DNA of 63,227 nt, the filler included. It is 9 parts of 9 records of this genome, joined end to end, with 100 filler letters (N's around TTAATTAATTAA, not from the genome) between each part and the next. Parts side by side here need not be neighbours in the genome. Positions count along the whole stretch, not along the records: positions 17,674 to 24,003 come from SRR31147125_30038; positions 24,104 to 33,065 come from SRR31147125_30054; 7 more parts are not named here. One strand, 5' to 3'. Shown piece by piece: positions 20,394-29,316 of this stretch (its first letter is position 1; each line of letters opens with the position of its first letter). The notes under the pieces were generated by a model. It was not told the origin of the DNA. It did no database searches and was given only the letters and a program-made list of their open reading frames with translations. Made by a program: the position numbers and the translations under genes.

Positions 20394-21207
20394 ACATTTA
20401 GAAGGTGTCATATTTGACTGGGCTGGAACAACTGTGGATTTTGGTTGTTTTGCACCGGTGAATGTGTTCATCAGTATATTCAGTGAATCAGGAATCGAGG
20501 TAACCCTAAAAGAAGCAAGAGAACCTATGGGGATGCTCAAAAGGGACCACATTGAAGCCATGCTTACCATGGAGAGAATTTCAAGGCTATGGGAAGAAAA
20601 GTATAACCGTCCTTTTGACCAAAAGGATGTAGACGCTCTTTATGCTAAGTTTGAGCCACAATTGATGGCAACGTTGAAAAATTTTGGTACACCAATCGAG
20701 TCTGTTGTTGAGACTTTTGATGCAATTAAAGCTAAGGGATTGAAGGTCGGTTCAACGACAGGTTATACGGACAAGATGATTGCTGTAGTGTCTGAAGTGG
20801 CTGAGACAAAAGGTTATAAGCCGGATACTATCGTAACACCAGATTCAACAGGTCAAGTGGGAAGACCTAAACCCTATATGGTGTTCGAAAATATGAGAAG
20901 ATTGAACCTTACAGCACCATGGAGAATTGTAAAGGTAGGCGATACAATATCAGATATAAGAGAAGGTGTTAATGCCGGGTGTTGGACGGTTGGTATTGCT
21001 GTGGGCAGTTCTCAGATGGGCATGTGTGAAACGGATTTCAATGCTCTTGATTCAAACGGAAAAAAGCGAAGGATTGATGAAAGCAAAGAAAGCTTTATGG
21101 CAAGTGGTGCTGACTTTGTCATTGAGACAATGGCGGACTTACCAAAGCTTCTTGAGACTATTGACCAGTTACTCGAGGAAGGCAAGCGCCCTCATGCATT
21201 CAAATAA
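20386..21207 (+). CDS. phnX: Phosphonoacetaldehyde hydrolase (phosphonatase)
   Basis: FDWAGTTVDFGCFAP, Schiff-base Lys in PMGMLK, GRPKP, KVGDT. ATG 20386 follows a GGAGG RBS. Confidence 0.96.
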   Translation: MYRHLEGVIFDWAGTTVDFGCFAPVNVFISIFSESGIEVTLKEAREPMGMLKRDHIEAMLTMERISRLWEEKYNRPFDQKDVDALYAKFEPQLMATLKNFGTPIESVVETFDAIKAKGLKVGSTTGYTDKMIAVVSEVAETKGYKPDTIVTPDSTGQVGRPKPYMVFENMRRLNLTAPWRIVKVGDTISDIREGVNAGCWTVGIAVGSSQMGMCETDFNALDSNGKKRRIDESKESFMASGADFVIETMADLPKLLETIDQLLEEGKRPHAFK

Positions 21208-22546
21208 TCTCTTGAGGCAAGAAGGGGATATCAATCAATCGGATGAAAGGGTCAGGTGGCAATCTCACCTTTCAAAAGAGACGATGGATATTCTGGATAA
21301 AGATGAATCGATATACCTCCATCAGTCAATGTCTACACCGTGCATGAATGTGATTACAAGCTGTGAAGGCATCTATCTGTATGATAAAGCGGGGAACAAA
21401 ATCATGGATTTCCATGGCAATAGTCTACATCAAGTTGGTTATAAGAATCCCTATGTGAAGGATGCCATAAACATGCAAATGGAAAAGCTGCCTTTTGTTC
21501 CAAGGCGTTATACGGCTGATGTAGTCATTGAAGCAGCAAAACGATTGAATGGGATGACCACATCGAAAGATTATAAAGTTCTGTTTACGCCATCTGGTAG
21601 TGCTTCTGTGGGAGTTGCATTGAAGTTGGCAAGAAAAGTGACTGGCAAACACAAGGTCATTTCCATGTGGGAGGCTTTTCACGGAGCTGGTCTTGATGCA
21701 ATATCCGTTGGTGGTGATTATGTCTTCAAAAAAGACATGGGACCAACCATGCCTGGTAGCATAAAGATTATGCCATACAATGCCTTTAGAAATGTCTTTG
21801 GTGAAAAGCATCCTGAAATTGTGGCAAATAGATGTCTAGACTACTTGGAGTATTCGATAGAACACGAAGGTGATATTGGAGCCATAATCCTTGAACCAGT
21901 AAGGGCGACAGATATCCATGTGCCACCTAAAACCTATTTTGAAAGGTTGAGGGCTATTTGTGACAAGTATGGTATTCTTTTGATCTTTGATGAAATACCA
22001 ACTGCAATCGGAAGAAGCGGAACATTTTATGTTCATCAAAACTTTGAGGTCGAACCGGATATCCTTGTCCTTGGCAAGGGACTTGGTGGTGGCATGATTC
22101 CACAAGCGGCTGTTCTTGTTAAGAAAAGTTTAGACTGTGCTGGGGAGATTTCCCTTGGTCACTATACCCATGAAAAGCCTGCCTTAGGGTCAGCTGCCAT
22201 CATTGGCATGTTGGATTTCATGGAAGATAAAAAAATTATGGGTCATGTCAACACCCTTTCAACTTTCATGAAAGAAGAAGCGACTAGTTTAAAGAATCGT
22301 TTTTCTTGTATTGGAGATATGAGACAGATTGGTATGATGATTTCTTTTGAACTTGTGAAGGAAAACAATGATAAAGATACTGAACTGGCTGAGAAGGTCA
22401 TGTACAGTGCACTGAGAAAGGGCTTGTCATCTAAAGTCGGTAGTGGCAATTGCATCACTTGGCATCCACCACTGATCACAACTAAGGATGAGATGCAGAA
22501 GGCTTTTTCTATTTTTGAAAAGACTTTAACGGAGTTATCCTCTTAA
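21194..22546 (+). CDS. pbfA: (R)-1-hydroxy-2-aminoethylphosphonate ammonia-lyase (class III PLP fold)
   Basis: N-terminal EGDIN...W and HQSMSTPC, DFHGN, DEIPT, GKGLGGG, GHYTHEK; overlaps the phnX end. Confidence 0.85.
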   Translation: MHSNNLLRQEGDINQSDERVRWQSHLSKETMDILDKDESIYLHQSMSTPCMNVITSCEGIYLYDKAGNKIMDFHGNSLHQVGYKNPYVKDAINMQMEKLPFVPRRYTADVVIEAAKRLNGMTTSKDYKVLFTPSGSASVGVALKLARKVTGKHKVISMWEAFHGAGLDAISVGGDYVFKKDMGPTMPGSIKIMPYNAFRNVFGEKHPEIVANRCLDYLEYSIEHEGDIGAIILEPVRATDIHVPPKTYFERLRAICDKYGILLIFDEIPTAIGRSGTFYVHQNFEVEPDILVLGKGLGGGMIPQAAVLVKKSLDCAGEISLGHYTHEKPALGSAAIIGMLDFMEDKKIMGHVNTLSTFMKEEATSLKNRFSCIGDMRQIGMMISFELVKENNDKDTELAEKVMYSALRKGLSSKVGSGNCITWHPPLITTKDEMQKAFSIFEKTLTELSS

Positions 22547-22553
22547 ATAAGAA

Positions 22554-22578
22554 AGAACCGGAATGATGACCCGGCTCT
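22554..22578. terminator. Hairpin between convergent pbfA and methyltransferase genes
   Basis: AGAACCGG-N9-CCGGCTCT, with an A-rich run on the left and a T-rich run on the right. Confidence 0.45.
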
Positions 22579-23283
22579 ACATTTTCTTGAATGCCTCTAT
22601 GACTAGGGGCATTTTTTCTGTTGTATAGGGGCTTTTGTCAAAGCCTGAATAAAATTTGATTTCAGAAAAACCAATGACGTTGAGCATACCAGCCAATTCC
22701 CCTCGAAGTACAGGAAGTAGCATGACGGAGTCTTCAAGAACTTTTTTACCATCAATGAGACGGCCCTTGAATTCAATCTTTTGGCCCTTGAAGTTGTAAA
22801 GATGTTCAAATGACTTGCCGCCATTGTAGTCTATGGTTGGCAGTCGATCCAATTGCTTTTGCATGATTCTGTCATAATTGACAATCTGAATGACCATACG
22901 ACCATCATCTGATAGTGACTCAAAGATATCATTCAGGAATGCTTTGATTTCATCCTTGCTGTCTAAATGGACAATGGAATTGCCTATACAGTAAACCAAA
23001 TCGTACTTTTCAGGGGCGTCATTCTTAAAGTGACGCATATCTCCTTCAACCAGGTTGATCCCCCCGTGTATGGATAATCCTTTTGTGACCATATCTTTTG
23101 AGAGTTCAATCCCTAAGGTATTGAAGCCATCCTTTGAAAAGGCAGCCGTATAGGTGCCAATACCGGCGGCTAAGTCAAGGATTCTCTTATCACCTTCAAG
23201 ATTACCCTTTAAAAATGTGTATGTATTCTCTCTATATGAAATATTAAATCATAATCGTTAACGAGCATTTTGTAGAAACTTAT
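22577..23283 (-). pseudogene. Class I SAM-dependent methyltransferase with damaged 5' end (or sequence errors)
   Basis: Motif I RILDLAAGIG lies upstream of the tracked ORF in the same frame; YCIGNSIVHL. AGGAGG RBS is followed by ATA instead of ATG (ISFYKML..YDLIF), plus a 1-nt indel near 23240. Confidence 0.65.
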
Positions 23284-23340
23284 AAAGTTGACCTCCTTTT
23301 AATACTATTCATATAATCCCCTAAATTTTTTGATTAATCA

Positions 23341-23368
23341 TTGAATAAGAAAATTTCATTTGTATAAT
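23341..23368 (+). promoter_or_regulatory. SigA-like promoter
   Basis: TTGAAT-N16-TATAAT in an AT-rich intergenic region. Confidence 0.4.
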
Positions 23369-23370
23369 CT

Positions 23371-23400
23371 AGATCCTCTCATATTTTGAGAGGATCTTTT
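23371..23400 (+). terminator. Perfect 11-bp hairpin plus T run
   Basis: AGATCCTCTCA-TATTT-TGAGAGGATCT-TTT. Confidence 0.6.
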
Positions 23401-23579
23401 AATATTTTAAAAAGTACAAACACTTGTTAAATTTTGGTATAATTGTTAGTGTGAAGTCAATTAAGTTTTAGTGGAACAAAATTTTCTATGACATGATGAA
23501 GCAATAATTTTAGTAAATGGCTGCTGATCATATGCAATCAAATTATGATAATTGGGTATATAGTGGGCAGGGGTGTAAG

Positions 23580-23990
23580 ATGTCAGATTACAATCGAGTA
23601 ATAGAAATACTAAATAATATAAAGCATGAAAGAAGACGAGAAGATGCTATTCTAATCGTTGATCTTATAAGAGAAGTAACACAAGTAGAACCTAAACTCT
23701 GGGATGACAATTATCCTGGATTCGGTAATTATCATTATATTAATAAAACAAATGAAGGAGATATGCCAATTTTATCAATAGCTGTTGCGAAAGCACATAT
23801 CACCGTATATTTTGCAGTAAAAGGATTAGATCCTTATAAAGCCTATTTATCTGAGCTGGGTCAACATCGACGCGGTAAAATTTGTTTATATATCAGCAAT
23901 ATGGATAAAATTAACCTTGATGTCTTTAAGCAACTCATCAAAGATGCGTATGTTGATTCTATGATGCTGAAGATTAAAAATAACCGATAA
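23580..23990 (+). CDS. DUF1801 family protein
   Basis: RRREDA..IVDL..EVT..EPKLW...GFGNYHY and LGQHRRGKICLYI. An extended -10 (TGGTATAAT) lies at 23435-23443. Confidence 0.8.
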   Translation: MSDYNRVIEILNNIKHERRREDAILIVDLIREVTQVEPKLWDDNYPGFGNYHYINKTNEGDMPILSIAVAKAHITVYFAVKGLDPYKAYLSELGQHRRGKICLYISNMDKINLDVFKQLIKDAYVDSMMLKIKNNR

Positions 23991-24158
23991 AGATTTTTTA
24001 CAANNNNNNNNNNNNNNNNNNNNNNNNNNNNNNNNNNNNNNNNNNNNTTAATTAATTAANNNNNNNNNNNNNNNNNNNNNNNNNNNNNNNNNNNNNNNNN
24101 NNNATTCCCAGACTTTGATAGACACTGCTAAACTCAAAATGAGGAAGGAGTGTACATC

Positions 24159-24446
24159 ATGGGAAGTCCGCGATATTCGGACGAATTCAAATCAGAAGCA
24201 GTCGGTCAGATTGTTGAGAGAGGCTATTCGGTCAAGGAAGTTTCTGAGCGCATAGGCGTCTCAACCCATAGCCTTTACAAGTGGCTGAAGGCTGATCCTC
24301 GAAATCCAAAAGCACCAGAATCAGCGAAGGCAAATCAAGAACTTGAAGTAGAGAATGCCAAGCTGAAAGCAGAGCTACGGCGTGTTCAGGAAGAGCGAGA
24401 TATCTTAAAAAAAGCCGCGGCATTCTTCGCGAGTCAGTCCGAGTAA
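24159..24446 (+). CDS. IS3 transposase OrfA
   Basis: YSDEFKSEAV HTH, leucine zipper, ERDILKKAAAFFA; AAGGAG RBS. Confidence 0.93.
   Translation: MGSPRYSDEFKSEAVGQIVERGYSVKEVSERIGVSTHSLYKWLKADPRNPKAPESAKANQELEVENAKLKAELRRVQEERDILKKAAAFFASQSE
24407..24431 (+). promoter_or_regulatory. -1 programmed ribosomal frameshift signal
   Basis: AAAAAAAG followed by a GC-rich stem (CGCGG...TCGCG); the -1 frame is open into OrfB. Confidence 0.8.
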
Positions 24447-25303
24447 GATATGCCTTCATCAAAGAACACAGGACTGAATTCAGAATAAGGACCATGTGCC
24501 GAGTTCTGGATGTGAATCGAAGTGGGTTCTACGCGTGGCTGAGAAGACCTCAATCAAAGAGAGCAATTGAAGACGTTCGGCTGTTGAAGAAGATTCGCCA
24601 CTTCTACACAGAAAGTGACCAGGTCTATGGAAGTCCTAGAATCTACGAGGATCTTCGAGAGGACGGAGAATCCTGCAGTGTCCACCGAGTAGCTAGAATC
24701 ATGCAGGAGCATGGTATCAGGGCCATGGTGGGCCTCAAGATGCGTCGATTCAAGTATGGCAAGCCGTCCCAAGTCGTGGAGAATCATCTCCAGCAGGACT
24801 TCACCGTGGAGGAACCAGATACAGCGTGGACGACGGATATCACTTATATCCGTACCCTTGAAGGCTGGCTCTATCTGGCTGTTGTCATGGATCTGTATTC
24901 TAGAAGAATCATCGGATGGTCGATGCAGAATACCCTTCATCGGGATCTGGTGATCCAGGCTCTTTTAGCAGCTGTGTGGAAAAGGCATCCGAAGAACAAG
25001 GTGCTCATCCATTCAGACCAGGGCGGTCAATATGACAGCGGCGACTGGAAAAGGTTCTGCCGCGATAACGGTCTGATTCGGAGTATGAGTCGGCGCGGAA
25101 ACTGCTGGGACAATGCTGCTATGGAATCATTCTTCGGCAGTCTGAAGAAAGAACGGATTCGTCGGAAGACATACCGGACCAGGGAAGAAGCTCGGTCAGA
25201 TGTGTTCGATTACATTGAAGCATTTTACAACCGAAAGCGCCGTCATAAGCATCTTGGCGGAGTCTCTCCGGTTGATTACGAAAAGGGTCTTATTGCAAGC
25301 TAG
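24443..25303 (+). CDS. IS3 transposase OrfB (DDE catalytic domain)
   Basis: WTTDITY, HSDQGGQY, SRRGNCWDNAAMESFF, YNRKRRH. Confidence 0.95.
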   Translation, partial: VRYAFIKEHRTEFRIRTMCRVLDVNRSGFYAWLRRPQSKRAIEDVRLLKKIRHFYTESDQVYGSPRIYEDLREDGESCSVHRVARIMQEHGIRAMVGLKMRRFKYGKPSQVVENHLQQDFTVEEPDTAWTTDITYIRTLEGWLYLAVVMDLYSRRIIGWSMQNTLHRDLVIQALLAAVWKRHPKNKVLIHSDQGGQYDSGDWKRFCRDNGLIRSMSRRGNCWDNAAMESFFGSLKKERIRRKTYRTREEARSDVFDYIEAFYNRKRRHKHLGGVSPVDYEKGLIAS

Positions 25304-25331
25304 AGGTGTCTACAGAAATCTGGGAATCCCA

Positions 25332-25978
25332 AGATGCTGTTGCGATTCGATCAGACAGGCCCCCGGACAACGCGAGGGCTGACCCACTCGGTCTCTTCCG
25401 CGAACCACCTCAGGTCGTCAATCACTGGCTACGCGCCCACAACATGATAGGCGTCGGCCAGCTGTGTTGGCGTCATGGATCAACCCTCGTTAAGCCGCAC
25501 ACGCCAAATGGCCGTATCGCGGCCAGTCGTCAACTCAGTGTCGAAATTGTCTTCAACTCGAAAGACAAGACCACCACGGTAGCTGACGAGCGCTTCCGGA
25601 GACACGTCACCGAGACACCACACTCGAGCTTCGAGCACATGAACACCGGAGTCCGGTTCGAGGTCGTAGCTCGCGTAGCTGTAGCGATTGACCGAAGCCA
25701 CGATCGGGCCCCTAGGAAACACACACGGAATCAAGATAGAGCTCTTGGCGTTGATCTGCACTGACGTGGAATCGGAGCACTGAAGTCGGCTCAGGAATGA
25801 CGAACTCTACCCGGAAGACAATAGACGCCAGGGTCTCACTGCCAAGGTCCGAGTGCCAGACCCATGCTGTATCATCTTTGGGTTGGACAGAGACGATCCC
25901 GACGTTCCCCCGGAGTGATCTGGGTTCAACTACGACTCTCTGGCCGGTCAGTGGTCCGACCGCACCAGGTTTCATCAT
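25332..25978 (-). pseudogene. Alpha-L-rhamnosidase (GH78-type) N-terminal remnant interrupted by the IS3 element
   Basis: AWVWH, RFHVSADQRQELYLD..VS*GPDRG, a frameshift, then YSYASY...VW.LG...SYRGG. Four in-frame stops (TAG, TGA, TAG, TGA) precede the IS end. Confidence 0.7.
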
Positions 25979-25987
25979 AGCGCCGGT

Positions 25988-27784
25988 TCATTCCGTGGCG
26001 CTGATTGGAATCGTCACGACCACGGTTGTCCCGTTTCCCTGCTCCGAGCGGATGTCAAGACCGCTGTTCCCACCGTACATGATGCGCAATCGCTCGTGTG
26101 TGTTCTTCAAGCCAATGCTCGTTGAACCTCTTGTAAGCGGCGATATTACAACTGGACCGTCCGTGTGCAATGCTCTGAGAATCCTGCCAAGGAGCGCGCC
26201 GTTAATCCCGGTTCCGGTGTCTTCAACTTCAATGCGGAGGGTTTCTGCATCTCTGCTGGCACGAACACGGATGGTGGCCGTACTGAGATCGTCTGCAAAT
26301 CCGTGGATTATTGAGTTTTCAACGAGAGGTTCCAGTAGCAACCTGGGCATCATGCACTCCAGGCAAGACGCAGACACGTCAGTCTCATACACGAGTGCGG
26401 CACCGAATCTCATCTGCTGGAGCTTTGCGTACGCGTCCAGGCACTCTAATTCCTCGCGAACCGTGGTCAGGACGTCGATGTTGTTTGCCGTAGTAGAAAG
26501 CAAGAGAATCAATGACCGTAGCGCCTCAATCACTTCGACCGACCGGTCCTGTCTTGCCAGGCTGGAAATGCATGCGAGCGTGTTCCCCACGAAGTGAGGC
26601 CGAACCTGAGCCTGTAGCAGCTTGAGTTCAAGATCGCGTCGTCTCGATATGGCCTCATGCTCGGCTTCCTGGAGCGACCTTGCTCGCTCAACCATCCGTT
26701 GAAAACTTCGATACAGCGATGAAATCTCATCGCTGCGTCGGAGCACGGGCACGACCGCCTCAGTCAAGTGATCGGCAGAATCCATAAGGACTGCCAATCG
26801 ATGTATAGGCGATGCGAAATGGCGGCTGACAATGAGAGTGCCTACCATAAGAAGAACCAGATAGCCGGCCCCTATCAGCAGGAACCTCCTGTAGAGCAGA
26901 TCGTTCCGGCTAAGGTAGACAGCGTCGTCCAGCAGGACGAAGAGAGACCACCCGAGCCTGTTCCGATTGCTTCGAATGGCTGTCAGAGATAGGGAGTTGT
27001 AACTGGCAACGCTGCTACCCATTGGCAAGTGTTCCAGGAATGCGGCGAACTCACCGTCCATCTCCATCGGGATGTTAGTGACATCAACGGGGACTATCCC
27101 TCCTTCCGAACTAAACACAACCGGGTAGAACTCATCCGTCAACAACACGAAATCCTGTCCACGCTTGGCGAGCCAGTCTGATAGGGCCGATTGCAGGGTT
27201 CCCAAATCGACTTCAATGACTACGACCGTAGCATCCTCCACATCCTCCACATCCTCCAATGGTATCGCACGCACGAACGCAACGGTCTGCGCGGTCAGTA
27301 TCGGCGAGTAGTACGGTCGAGTCCACTGGGCCTCAGATGGTCGCTCAATTGCGACGCGTCGCAGTTCGTTCAGGGCCGGATGCCCAACGATATCGTACAC
27401 TAGCTGGTTGTCGGTCAGTACGTGACCGTCGGGACCCACCAAGTAGATCCCTCCAACAATGCCAACATTGGCCCGGGCGGCGCTGTTTACCGCCCTTACA
27501 ACACTGCCGTTGTCGTCAATGGACATTAGAAAGCTTTCAGACAGCTGAATCAGAACCGTCCGGATGTTGTGGAGGTACAGGTCCAGATACTGATCGGTTC
27601 TACCCACGATCGTCTCAGTATCTTCGGTCTTCTGGCTGACGAGTGCGTTCGTGCTCTCCCTGATTGTATACGTCAGAAGGGCACTGAACAGCGCGAAGCC
27701 GAGGACCACTGACGTCAGGAATAGCTTCCCGAAGATGCCCGGGACCGAATATGTCGCTCTGTCGCTAGTCACTGTCCGCTCCAC
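25988..27784 (-). CDS. YesM/LytS-type sensor histidine kinase (Cache, HAMP, kinase)
   Basis: Two TMs, DEISSL HAMP, LQAQVRPHF, EPLVENSIIHG, DTGTG, IGLKN. Confidence 0.92.
   Translation of the reverse strand: MERTVTSDRATYSVPGIFGKLFLTSVVLGFALFSALLTYTIRESTNALVSQKTEDTETIVGRTDQYLDLYLHNIRTVLIQLSESFLMSIDDNGSVVRAVNSAARANVGIVGGIYLVGPDGHVLTDNQLVYDIVGHPALNELRRVAIERPSEAQWTRPYYSPILTAQTVAFVRAIPLEDVEDVEDATVVVIEVDLGTLQSALSDWLAKRGQDFVLLTDEFYPVVFSSEGGIVPVDVTNIPMEMDGEFAAFLEHLPMGSSVASYNSLSLTAIRSNRNRLGWSLFVLLDDAVYLSRNDLLYRRFLLIGAGYLVLLMVGTLIVSRHFASPIHRLAVLMDSADHLTEAVVPVLRRSDEISSLYRSFQRMVERARSLQEAEHEAISRRRDLELKLLQAQVRPHFVGNTLACISSLARQDRSVEVIEALRSLILLLSTTANNIDVLTTVREELECLDAYAKLQQMRFGAALVYETDVSASCLECMMPRLLLEPLVENSIIHGFADDLSTATIRVRASRDAETLRIEVEDTGTGINGALLGRILRALHTDGPVVISPLTRGSTSIGLKNTHERLRIMYGGNSGLDIRSEQGNGTTVVVTIPISATE
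27232..27258. repeat. 9-bp tandem repeat, three copies, inside the kinase gene
   Basis: CATCCTCCA x3, encoding LEDVEDVEDA on the minus strand. Confidence 0.85.
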
Positions 27785-29231
27785 GTCGGTTTTCCTCAGT
27801 CTGAGAACCGTCTATCTGCGACCGATAGGAAGTCGGACTCATGCCGGTGTGCTCGTGGAAGAGGTGGGTGAAATAGCGATAATTGCGGATCCCGACTCTG
27901 TCAGCTATTTCGTTCACTCTGAGGTTTGTGGTGCTCAGCAGTTGAGTTGCCCTGGTCATCCGGAGTTGGGACTGATACCACTTGAATCCGTGCCCAAGGT
28001 GCTCTCGGAATAGCGTCCCAAGGTAATTTGTACTCAGGCACACGTATTCGGCGGCATCTGAAAGTGTCACGGGTTGGTCAAGATTGCTCTGAAGAAAGTG
28101 TATGGCCTGCGCCACCTCCCTCCGACCGGCGCTACGCCACTTGCCGAAGTGACGTGAGATGATCCGCCTGAAGGCTTCCATCGCTTCGCCAAGCGTACGT
28201 GCGTCTTCTATCCCCTCAGAGGGTAACTCAATGTCGCTCAACCAGCGCATCAGAAATGTTCGTGAAGCACGTGGTGTTGCGTAGCTTGCCGTCAGTGCCG
28301 CGGGCAGATCGTTCAACAGAAACGCCTTTGTCTGGTCCTCATCGGCCAACGCCCGAAACAAGGAGGCGCTGAGTTGCAGCTTGAGGTCATCATGCAACCG
28401 CCGCCAAGGTTCCGCTTGCCATGGGAGCAATGAACGGTCTTCGTTGTAGAACCCGGATTCCGCAGTGACTTGTGCCTGCTTGTGATGGATGACGAACTGC
28501 TCTTGCGTGCGTATCACGGGCCCGCAGGCGGTAAACGCCCTTATATCCATAGCTCTGAAATGGTGTCGGATCTCTTTCACCGCTTCCTCCTGGCTTTGCT
28601 CAATCAGCCTTGGAACGGCGTCATCTGGAGCGGCCACATAGAAACAGTCTTCTGACACCCGCCAGACGGGTGTCCCGATCCTTCGACAGCACTGCCGCGT
28701 CCACGACAGAACCGCCGCCGGCAAGGGCCCATGCATGAGAACGCGAACAACCACTATGCGAAATGGATAGGGGACTTCCAGGTCTCCGGAGTCACCGGTA
28801 TCGAGTAACTGGCGTAGCGACGCATCGTGCACTTCTTCCCGAGCACTACTGTTTTCGAGGCGACGCTGGACTCTTGCAAGCGCTTGGACCAACTCCTCTT
28901 CCTCGTATGCACCCTTCAACAGGTATTCACCAACACCGAATCGAATTGCATCCCGGGCATAGTCGAAATCCCGATACAACGTCAGGAAGATGATTTGAAT
29001 GGAAGGGAACGCGGATGCGACGTGCTCTGACAGCTCAAGGCCATCCATACCTGGCATTGAGATGTCGGTAATCAAAACATCAACGGGAATTGCTTCAAGG
29101 ATCTGGAGTGCCTTGCGTCCGGATCTCGCCTTGCCCACGAGTTCGTACCCGTGAGTAATCCATGGGAACAGAGACAGTTGCTCCAACATGGGGATTTCGT
29201 CATCTACTATCAGCACGCGAAGTCGGTTCAT
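27765..29231 (-). CDS. YesN-type response regulator (receiver plus AraC HTH)
   Basis: IVDDE, ITDISMP, YLLK; C-terminal AraC domain (YF..LF..HTGMSP..YR). Confidence 0.92.
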   Translation of the reverse strand: MNRLRVLIVDDEIPMLEQLSLFPWITHGYELVGKARSGRKALQILEAIPVDVLITDISMPGMDGLELSEHVASAFPSIQIIFLTLYRDFDYARDAIRFGVGEYLLKGAYEEEELVQALARVQRRLENSSAREEVHDASLRQLLDTGDSGDLEVPYPFRIVVVRVLMHGPLPAAVLSWTRQCCRRIGTPVWRVSEDCFYVAAPDDAVPRLIEQSQEEAVKEIRHHFRAMDIRAFTACGPVIRTQEQFVIHHKQAQVTAESGFYNEDRSLLPWQAEPWRRLHDDLKLQLSASLFRALADEDQTKAFLLNDLPAALTASYATPRASRTFLMRWLSDIELPSEGIEDARTLGEAMEAFRRIISRHFGKWRSAGRREVAQAIHFLQSNLDQPVTLSDAAEYVCLSTNYLGTLFREHLGHGFKWYQSQLRMTRATQLLSTTNLRVNEIADRVGIRNYRYFTHLFHEHTGMSPTSYRSQIDGSQTEENRRGADSD

Positions 29232-29261
29232 GCACTTCCTGATTGCTAAGCGTGAAACGGA

Positions 29262-29290
29262 AGAAGGGGTCCGTACTCGAGACCCCTTCT
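29262..29290 (-). terminator. Intercistronic hairpin after the SBP gene
   Basis: Perfect 10-bp stem AGAAGGGGTC-N9-GACCCCTTCT. Confidence 0.6.
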
Positions 29291-29316
29291 ATCCACTACG
29301 TCTCAACTCTCTTCTG

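Larger units (their letters stand above)
24104..25331 (+). mobile_element. IS3-family insertion sequence (about 1.23 kb; first 4 nt of the left IR lost at the contig edge)
   Basis: Left ATTCCCAGACTTTGATAGACAC (24104-24125) matches the reverse complement of right GTGTCTACAGAAATCTGGGAATCCCA (25306-25331), which ends in CA; contains orfA and orfB. Confidence 0.95.

Noticed and set aside
25332..25978. Stop-codon reassignment explaining the GH78 in-frame TAG and TGA codons
   Set aside because: Genes on the same contig terminate with TGA (kinase) and TAG (permeases), and the remnant also has a frameshift and an IS.
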